Assembly (NCBI GenBank): GCA_963674735.2
Contig: CAXXQS010000001.1
Coordinates: 960,001 to 1,024,000, forward strand
Length of the DNA stretch: 64,000 bases
From: Myxococcota bacterium
GTDB lineage: Bacteria > Myxococcota_A > SURF-8
Direction of reading: 5' to 3'
Shown in pieces: positions 57,208 through 64,000 of this stretch. The notes under the pieces were generated by a model that worked only from the letters and a program-made list of their open reading frames with translations, searched no databases and was not told the origin of the DNA. The position numbers and the translations under genes were made by a program. The first letter of the stretch is position 1; each line of letters starts with the position of its first letter.

Positions 57208-57260
57208 GAAGATACCTCATCGGCAGAGCGCAGTTGAAAGCCGCTGCCTAGGTTGTATCG

Positions 57261-57291
57261 AAAAGTGGGGAGCTTGGCAAGCCCCCCACTT
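57261..57291 (-). terminator. Intrinsic terminator
   Basis: aagtgggg...ccccactt hairpin followed by Ts on the minus strand. Confidence 0.7.
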
Positions 57292-57327
57292 AGGATGTCG
57301 AGATTAGGGAAGAATCGTATCGTTCCG

Positions 57328-60300
57328 CTATTGGAGCCGAATGCCGAACCAGCGGGCGAAGTCCTGGCCTCCGCATTGCTGGGCCTGGAACCAGCCGCTC
57401 ATCATGCAGCCACCGGTCAGCGTTCCTTCGGCGAGGGTGTAGCAGTAGGGTTGTACGCTGAATTTGATGGTGTTGCCCTCACGAGAACCGCTTAGCAGAG
57501 CTCCGGCCTGATTCCAGGTGTTGGAGTAGGCTCCGCTGATGTCCTGTTCATTCTGGATAAGTTGGAGTGTCCAATTGCCCCACCAGTGGTTGTCGGTAAC
57601 GAGATACCAGGTGCCGGTAACATCTTCGATGTCGGCGGCACAGGTTTCGGTGTTCAGACAGCCAGTGCGCAGCAAGATCGTCTGGCCGGGCAAAACGTTT
57701 TGATAGGAGGTATTGTTGGCCTCGAAGAAGGCGTTGTAGATGCCGTTGAAAACCGTCAGGCTGTAAGCTCCCGCTCCTTGAGCGCCGATGCCTGCATAGG
57801 TCGTGTCGCCGCTGAGACGGTTGGTGATGTACATATGTCCACGTTCGTTGTCTTCGTAGTATTCCTCGGTGTTATTGGGCATACGAGCACCGTTGAGTGT
57901 CACGGTTCCGCTGATCGTAGCCGTTCCCAGGTCGATGTTGCGGGTGGTGGATTGCTGGAAGGTGGCGGCCATGTCGAGCATGATGACCTGAGGCGGCAGA
58001 ACGTTCTGGTAACTGTTGTTGTTACCCTCGAATTTAAGGACGTAATTGCCTGAAAAGATCGTTTGGGAAAAATTAGCCACTCCTTCGCTGCCGATGGTCG
58101 CGCTTAACTGATCGCCGGTGTCCATCCGGACGAATTGGATCCATCCACGACTGTTGTCTTCATAGTATTCCTGGGTGTTATTCGGCATGCGAGCGCCGTT
58201 GAGCGTGACTGCTCCATCGATGGTGACGGTTTTAAGGTCGAAATCGCGCGTGGTATCGACGTTGAGAGTGACGGAATCATCCAACACGATTTCCATGGAT
58301 GGCAGGACGTTTTGGTAGCTGCTGCTGTTGGCTTCGAACTTCAGCCGATAGTCCCCGACAAACACCCGATTCGAATACGTACCCGCGCCCGTGTAGCCAA
58401 CGGGAATGGCTAGATCATCGCCGCTGTCATTCCGCATCAGGATGACCCATCCACGCGTGTTGTCTTCATAGTATTCCTGCGTGTTGTTAGGCATGCGGGC
58501 TCCGTTCAATGTGATCGTGCCGTTTAACGTCGCTGTTATGAGGTCGAAGTTGTAACTCTTGTCCGCATGAACCGCGAGATCGGTTGTCAATACGATAACT
58601 TGGCCGGGCAGGACGTTTTGATAAGAGGTGTTGTTCGCCTCGAAGCGAAGCTGGTAGGTGCCCTGAAATACGTTGATGGAATAGCTTGCCGCTCCGGCAT
58701 AGCCGACGTTGGCATAGTACGTATCGGCCGTGTCGCCGCGAATTACAACAACCCAACCTCGATTGTTGTCTTCATAATATTCTTGCGTGTTGTCGGGCAT
58801 GCGTGTTCCGTTGAGCGTGGCGGTGCCGCTTAGCGTGGCCGTTTTGAGGTCGGCATGAAACGTTGTGTCACCGTTGACGGCGAGATCTTGTTCCAACACG
58901 ATGGTTTGGTTGGGCAGGACGTTTTGATACGAGCTGCTGTTACCCTCGAAGTTCAGGCTATAGCTACCCGTGAATACCTCGACCGAGTAGCTTGCGGCGC
59001 CTGTATAGCCGATGCTGGTGTAGTAGGTGTCCGCGCTGTCTTGACGAATGAGAACGAGATGCCCCCGGGGGTTGTCTTCGTAGTATTCTTGAGTGTTGTT
59101 GGGCATGCGCGCGCCATTGAGAGTCAGGGTGCCGTCCAGGGTCGCCGTTTTAAGATCGAAATTCCGTGTGGTGTCGGCTGCGAACTGCAGGTCTTGCGCC
59201 AGGATGATGGTTTGGTTGGGCAGGACATTCTGATAGCTCGAATTATTGCTCTCGAAATGTAGATCATAGGTGCCTGCGAACAGCGTCGTGGAATAGGTGG
59301 CCGCTCCATCGCTGCCGATGGAGATGTAGTAGGTGCTTTGGGTATCTTTACGGATGAACACCAGGTGGCCACGGGAGTTATCTTCGTAATATTCTTGAGT
59401 GTTGTTGGGCATACGGGAACCATTTAACGTGATTGTGCCATTGATGGTAGCGGTCTCCAAGTCGATGTTGAGGGTGATGTTGCTCTCAATGGGATCCAGA
59501 TCGCAGATCTGTACGCACTGACCCACTTCCACGTCGCAGGCGGAGAAACGGTCGCAGTCGCCGCAGTTTTCGCCGCAAACCGGGTCGGGGCCACATTCCC
59601 GTTCTCCGCATTGCGGCGTGCAGGTGTGGATGCAAGCGCTTTGATCGAAAGACTTGCAGTTCGCCGCGCAGGCCAGATCGCCGCCCCAGTGACCGAAATC
59701 ACTGCAGGTCTTGTTGTCCAGATCGGTACCGTCACAGGTTTCACCGTCGTTGATGCGATTGTTGCCGCAATCTCCGGCATTTTGGCAAGCGCGGCGGTCG
59801 AAATCGGAGCAATTTGGCAAGCAACCCAGGGTACCCGGTCCAAGACCCAAGCCGACACAACTGGCTCCGCCGAGATCGGTGCCGTCGCACACCTCCCCGG
59901 ATTCCAAGCTATTGTTTCCACACTCGATTTTGGGGCCGCAGGCCGATGTGTCGAAAGCGCCGCAGTTCGGTTTGCAGGACAGAGATCCGGGGTTATACCC
60001 CAGCGACTGACAGGTGTTTTCATTCAAGTCAATTCCGTCGCAAAGTTCGACGCCGTCCGTTTTTCCATTTCCACAGGTTTCCGGGGCTTCACAAAAACTG
60101 CGGTCAAAGTCCAGGCAGTCTTCCTGGCATTTGAGAGGGCCGGGTCCGAAACCAATGGAGGCGCAAGTCTCGCTGTTCAAGTCGGTCAGGTCACAGATTT
60201 CGCCCGGTTCGACTCGGCCATTGCCGCAAACGATTCGTGGTCCGCAGGCCGATTCGTCGTAATCCGCACAGTTGGGCAGGCAAGCCAGTGTGCCGCCGTT

Positions 60301-60819
60301 GCGTCCGAGGTCCAAACAAGTCGTGCCGTTCAGTTCCGTTCCGTCACAGGCTTCCGGCGCTTCGACCTGGTCGTTGCCGCAGCTTGCCGGTGCTCCGCAG
60401 CCTGCTAGATCATAAGCGTCACACTCGCTTTTGCAGGCCAGAGGACCGGGACCGAAGCCCAGCTCAAAACAAGACATATCGCCGATATCCGTTCCATCGC
60501 AGGTCTCACCGGGTTCCAGGATGCTGTTGCCGCAAGCGATGGGTTCCAGGCAGTCGCTGGTATCGAATCCATCGCAATCGCGGTTGCAGCCCAGGTTGCC
60601 GCCGCTGAAACCTAAATCGATGCAGGTTTTGCCGTCTAAGTCTTCGCCGTCACACACTTCTTCGCCATCTTGATCGTCGTCGCCGCACTCCGCATCTTTG
60701 TTTGACCCATCCCCATCCGAACCGGAAAGAGCATCACAGCCGGTCATCGCGAGAAGCAAAGCGAGGAGTGTCATGGAAAGGAGAAAAACCGGTAGGGTTT
60801 CAGTCCGTTTGGTGGTCAT
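57328..60819 (-). CDS. Large surface lipoprotein: 7 myxobacterial-type Cys-rich repeats, 6 beta-rich 102-aa repeats and a C-terminal beta domain
   Basis: GGAG RBS; lipobox AMTGC; CG(N/D)...ExCD x7; RMP(N/D)NT(Q/E)EYYEDN x6. Confidence 0.85.
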   Translation of the reverse strand: MTTKRTETLPVFLLSMTLLALLLAMTGCDALSGSDGDGSNKDAECGDDDQDGEEVCDGEDLDGKTCIDLGFSGGNLGCNRDCDGFDTSDCLEPIACGNSILEPGETCDGTDIGDMSCFELGFGPGPLACKSECDAYDLAGCGAPASCGNDQVEAPEACDGTELNGTTCLDLGRNGGTLACLPNCADYDESACGPRIVCGNGRVEPGEICDLTDLNSETCASIGFGPGPLKCQEDCLDFDRSFCEAPETCGNGKTDGVELCDGIDLNENTCQSLGYNPGSLSCKPNCGAFDTSACGPKIECGNNSLESGEVCDGTDLGGASCVGLGLGPGTLGCLPNCSDFDRRACQNAGDCGNNRINDGETCDGTDLDNKTCSDFGHWGGDLACAANCKSFDQSACIHTCTPQCGERECGPDPVCGENCGDCDRFSACDVEVGQCVQICDLDPIESNITLNIDLETATINGTITLNGSRMPNNTQEYYEDNSRGHLVFIRKDTQSTYYISIGSDGAATYSTTLFAGTYDLHFESNNSSYQNVLPNQTIILAQDLQFAADTTRNFDLKTATLDGTLTLNGARMPNNTQEYYEDNPRGHLVLIRQDSADTYYTSIGYTGAASYSVEVFTGSYSLNFEGNSSSYQNVLPNQTIVLEQDLAVNGDTTFHADLKTATLSGTATLNGTRMPDNTQEYYEDNNRGWVVVIRGDTADTYYANVGYAGAASYSINVFQGTYQLRFEANNTSYQNVLPGQVIVLTTDLAVHADKSYNFDLITATLNGTITLNGARMPNNTQEYYEDNTRGWVILMRNDSGDDLAIPVGYTGAGTYSNRVFVGDYRLKFEANSSSYQNVLPSMEIVLDDSVTLNVDTTRDFDLKTVTIDGAVTLNGARMPNNTQEYYEDNSRGWIQFVRMDTGDQLSATIGSEGVANFSQTIFSGNYVLKFEGNNNSYQNVLPPQVIMLDMAATFQQSTTRNIDLGTATISGTVTLNGARMPNNTEEYYEDNERGHMYITNRLSGDTTYAGIGAQGAGAYSLTVFNGIYNAFFEANNTSYQNVLPGQTILLRTGCLNTETCAADIEDVTGTWYLVTDNHWWGNWTLQLIQNEQDISGAYSNTWNQAGALLSGSREGNTIKFSVQPYCYTLAEGTLTGGCMMSGWFQAQQCGGQDFARWFGIRLQ
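57680..59460. repeat. Six 306-bp coding repeats
   Basis: The motif ggcat (MP) recurs at about 57878, 58184, 58490, 58796, 59102 and 59408. Confidence 0.88.
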
Positions 60820-61090
60820 GATCGGTCTCCTGATCGTCAAGGTGTTTGTTGCGGATTTCAGTGCTGACTCAATCGATTATGCCCCTCACATAACATGATC
60901 CTCGTTCATTGACCAGTGAAATGTTGGCAAGCGCCTTTGCTTTGGCAGCTTGTTATTTTCACTTGCCTTTTCAGCGCACTTTCGTGTATTTTCGTTCATC
61001 GAAAACGTGATTGCATCCATGCAAAGCTTTCGCTTTCGAATCGCTTTCACCCGTCCCTCTTCACCAGGTTTTGTTTCATGGAGGGTTGTT

Positions 61091-61951
61091 TTGTCAAGAC
61101 TCGATCGTGATCCTCTAAACAGTTCCGATGCAGACTTCGATGTCCAATATGTACCCGTCGAACCGGGTGTTCGGCTGCGCGTATTATGCTGGTCGCCGAA
61201 GATGGAAAACAAAGGCGAGCCGTTGGTTTTTGTGGCCGGTTGGGTTTCCGTTGTAAATGGCTGGGCCGGACTTTTAAGCGCTTTGGTGTCGGATCGACCG
61301 GTTTATTATATCGAAACAAGGGAAAAAAGTTCGGCCGAGATCCTTCAGCGACGGCTGAAACCGGCTTTTTTTAGTATTGATCGCATGGCCCGCGATATCG
61401 GACAGGCGATTAAGGAACTGCATCTCGATCCGTCTCGGACATTTTTAGCGGGTAGCTCACTGGGGGCAACCACGATTCTCGAATCGTTGAAGTCGGGCTA
61501 TCTGAATGCGAAGGGCGCTTTTCTGATCGGTCCGAATGGAGACTTCCCCGCGCCTCTGGTCATGCGCATGTTGATCTATCTGCCGGCCTTCAGCTACCAT
61601 CTCGTCAAGTACCTCGTTTTGTGGTATTTGCGTCATTTTCGGGTTGATGTACAAAAAGAGCCCGAACAGATGGCGCGCTACGATGCGACGTTGCGTTCGG
61701 CCCATCCGTTGCGGATCAAGCTGTCGGCGCGTGCCGCAGCCGGCTACACGCTTTGGGATGGACTGGAGCAATTGCATCTGCCTGTCGCGTTGCCATATGC
61801 TCCGACGGACAAGCTGCACGATTCCAAGGCGATCGAACGCATGGCCGGTTTGTTGCCGCAGTCCGAATTGGTCGCCTGTGAATCCAACAAATATCTGCAT
61901 TCGGAAAAGCTGGCACGTGAATTCAATGCTTTTGCTGCCGGACTATCGTGA
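61091..61951 (+). CDS. Alpha/beta hydrolase
   Basis: VAGW, GSSLGA and DKLH. TTG start inferred from a GGAGG RBS; the ORF is open from 60950. Confidence 0.75.
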   Translation: MSRLDRDPLNSSDADFDVQYVPVEPGVRLRVLCWSPKMENKGEPLVFVAGWVSVVNGWAGLLSALVSDRPVYYIETREKSSAEILQRRLKPAFFSIDRMARDIGQAIKELHLDPSRTFLAGSSLGATTILESLKSGYLNAKGAFLIGPNGDFPAPLVMRMLIYLPAFSYHLVKYLVLWYLRHFRVDVQKEPEQMARYDATLRSAHPLRIKLSARAAAGYTLWDGLEQLHLPVALPYAPTDKLHDSKAIERMAGLLPQSELVACESNKYLHSEKLAREFNAFAAGLS

Positions 61952-61983
61952 AAATCCACCATTTGTTCGTCGTTTGGTTCCAC

Positions 61984-62014
61984 AAAAAACGCCCGCCTCA
62001 TGAGAAGACGGGCG
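61984..62014. terminator. Probable terminator between convergent genes
   Basis: aaaaaa-cgcccg...cgggcg hairpin. Confidence 0.55.
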
Positions 62015-62038
62015 CGTCACGGTTGGCTACTTTGTCGC

Positions 62039-62533
62039 TTAGACGTCGGTGTTGACGGCCTTCATGACCACATTCGAAAAGCTTTGCATTTCCTCATCGC
62101 TTATTGCCTGCACCTTTTTGACCAAAGCTCCGACCTCCACTTCCGAGATATCGAGCGTCATCGCCAAGTAATAGGGGTCGATTTCGTCGAAATCGGTGGC
62201 TTTACCACATACCGATACTTGGCCGACAATTTCGTTTTCATGAAAGATCGGCACGGCGACTCGTGCCAGTCCGGCTTCGCAGAGATCGATCACCGGAGCT
62301 TTGCTGGCTTTTAGGGCGGCAGTCATAGCCGCGGCGGTTTGACTGCAAACAGCCTGCAGGGTTTCGGTTTTCTCACGGATATGCGCACAGAGAGGGTTTC
62401 GTTCTCCGGCAGACATTAGTATCTTCCCATCTGCATCGGTTAGAGAAACAGGCATGTCGAGATTTTGACAGAGTTTTTCGACGATCCTGAGCCAATCGCT
62501 CTCAGCTTTTACATCCAACACGTGAAGGGCCAT
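62039..62533 (-). CDS. Stand-alone PocR ligand-binding domain protein
   Basis: NPLC..IR......C, CEAGL and VPI.....VG pattern. Confidence 0.75.
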   Translation of the reverse strand: MALHVLDVKAESDWLRIVEKLCQNLDMPVSLTDADGKILMSAGERNPLCAHIREKTETLQAVCSQTAAAMTAALKASKAPVIDLCEAGLARVAVPIFHENEIVGQVSVCGKATDFDEIDPYYLAMTLDISEVEVGALVKKVQAISDEEMQSFSNVVMKAVNTDV

Positions 62534-62593
62534 CGTTTACCTCCCGGGGTTTAGGTTATTCTCGCAATCATCCTAAATTCGCCGGATAGCTTA

Positions 62594-63820
62594 CTACAGG
62601 ACAATGGCGTTGGCCAGAAGCTTCCAAAGGTGAATGCTCCGCCATTTCCGTTTGTAATCCTTAGCGAGGTCGCCGATGCCGTCATAGCAGTTGACGCAAG
62701 GCGTGCAAACCAATTCCGCTTCGGTGCGGTCGATCTGATCAACTTTCACCTTGCCGTAGTAAGTACGGGCTTTGGCAAAGCCGGAAATGAGAGCTCCGCC
62801 GCCGCCGGAACAGCAGTAGTTGTTTTCGCGGTTCGGCCACATTTCCACCCAGTCTTCACAGACATGGTCGAGTACGAAACGCGCGTCATCCATGATATCA
62901 GGATAGTCGTTCATCAGCGATTTGCGCGAAGCGTTACAAGGATCGTGAAGCGTGACCCGCTGGGTGTTCTTGGATTTATCCAGCTTGAAGCGGCCTTCAC
63001 GGATCCATTTCGCGTAAAGGTTGACGACATGAATCAGGTCGAATTTCGGTTTGATACCGAATTTGTCATATCCGGCCACCGTAGCAAAATAGCCATGCCC
63101 GCACTCGGTGTAGGCGATGGCTTTGCAGCCCAGTTGCTCTACGCGTTCGACCTGTTTGCGCAGATTGTTTTCCCAACTTGCCAGATCACCCGAGAACATG
63201 CAGTAATTGGTGCCTTCCCACCACTCGGTGGGGAGAGTCCAGCTGGCATTGGCCGCGTAGAAAACCTTGTAAACATCCTGCATTTCGTCGGGATGGTACT
63301 GGGGTAGTTTGGAATTGATGGTGGCGAAAAACTCCGCGCCTTGTTTGTCGAAGGGAATCTCGAATTCGGGAATCTCGGATTGAAGTTCCTCCATCATCCA
63401 CTCGGCGGTATCCACCCAGTCTTCGACGGAGATCTGCATGTTGTTGCCCTTGTCGCGATGCAGTTCGCAGGTCAGTTGAGCTTTCCCGGGCTTTTTATCC
63501 ATGGGTCGCAGATAGCGGGCCTGGGTGATCATGTTTCCGATTTTCACATCCATCGGGCAGACCCAACTACATTTCTCGCAGCCGGTGCATTGGAAGATGA
63601 AGTCATGATCGATCAGGGTTTGTTCCTCACCCATGAGAACCAGGCGGACGGCTTTGCGCGGGTCCATGTCGGAGTAGCCGTGTAGTGGACAAATGCTGGC
63701 GCACTTTCCGCAGGTCATACAGGTGCTGAGGTTCGCCTTCCATTTGGATTCTTCCAACAGGGTGCGGCGAAGAGGCGTTTCTTTGATTTCATCGATGCGA
63801 ACGCTGTTTTCTTTGCTCAT
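62594..63820 (-). CDS. HdrD/TmcB/HmcF-like Fe-S protein with a CCG domain
   Basis: CMTCGKCASICP, CTGCEKCSWVCP, ECGH, HDPC, CCSGGGG and PCVNC. Confidence 0.88.
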   Translation of the reverse strand: MSKENSVRIDEIKETPLRRTLLEESKWKANLSTCMTCGKCASICPLHGYSDMDPRKAVRLVLMGEEQTLIDHDFIFQCTGCEKCSWVCPMDVKIGNMITQARYLRPMDKKPGKAQLTCELHRDKGNNMQISVEDWVDTAEWMMEELQSEIPEFEIPFDKQGAEFFATINSKLPQYHPDEMQDVYKVFYAANASWTLPTEWWEGTNYCMFSGDLASWENNLRKQVERVEQLGCKAIAYTECGHGYFATVAGYDKFGIKPKFDLIHVVNLYAKWIREGRFKLDKSKNTQRVTLHDPCNASRKSLMNDYPDIMDDARFVLDHVCEDWVEMWPNRENNYCCSGGGGALISGFAKARTYYGKVKVDQIDRTEAELVCTPCVNCYDGIGDLAKDYKRKWRSIHLWKLLANAIVL

Positions 63821-63834
63821 TGATGATGAACTCC

Positions 63835-64000
63835 TTATGCCTGGGCCTGCGTGTCGGCTTCTGCAACCGGCTCGGCAAGCGCATCGTTGAGAATCTGGAC
63901 GAGCCGGTAGGGCTCGTTGGCCGCAATAGAGTGGAATTGGACATTGACACCCGGTTGTGCGATTTCACTCATCATGGCTTTTACGCGAGCTACGCGTTCG
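63835..64000 (-). CDS. 3' end of a CDS entering from beyond the window, possibly an MvhD/FlpD-like C-terminus
   Basis: Open frame ERVARVKAMMSEIAQPGVNVQFHSIAANEPYRLVQIL...QA*; its stop overlaps the AGGAG RBS of the next gene. Confidence 0.5.
   Translation of the reverse strand, partial: ERVARVKAMMSEIAQPGVNVQFHSIAANEPYRLVQILNDALAEPVAEADTQAQA

Noticed and set aside
57680-59460. Periodic conserved DNA motifs as a possible CRISPR array or DGR template
   Set aside because: The 306-bp period is in frame, variation is at synonymous sites and not adenine-specific, and no reverse transcriptase is present.

Overview
A gene-dense bacterial chromosomal window. The gene content (class III multiheme cytochrome, Rnf, HdrD-like protein, sigma-54 regulation, Cys-rich and Asp-Gly-Asp-rich lipoproteins) suggests an anaerobic Myxococcota/Desulfobacterota-like organism; this is an inference. 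I found no rRNA, tRNA, CRISPR array or mobile element. There are about 39 CDS. The strongest candidate for an undescribed system is a rewired rnfCDGEAB operon (19.8-25.9 kb): RnfB is fused to a GltD/NfnB-like NADP(H) flavoenzyme, RnfD lacks its FMN-carrying loop, RnfC has a degenerate flavin/NADH motif, and a 19-CxxCH cytochrome is transcribed divergently. Other notable items are a Bcp peroxiredoxin with a histone-H1-like tail, a VUT-like/PAS kinase with no phospho-His, a tandem double radical SAM protein, a hydrolase-DUF2804-larA-glycerate kinase operon, a DUF5752-treT-otsB-otsA operon, a CHASE/6xPAS kinase split by a single-base frameshift in a T6 run, and a large lipoprotein with six 102-aa repeats. 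All family calls come from recognising motifs by eye, not from database searches.
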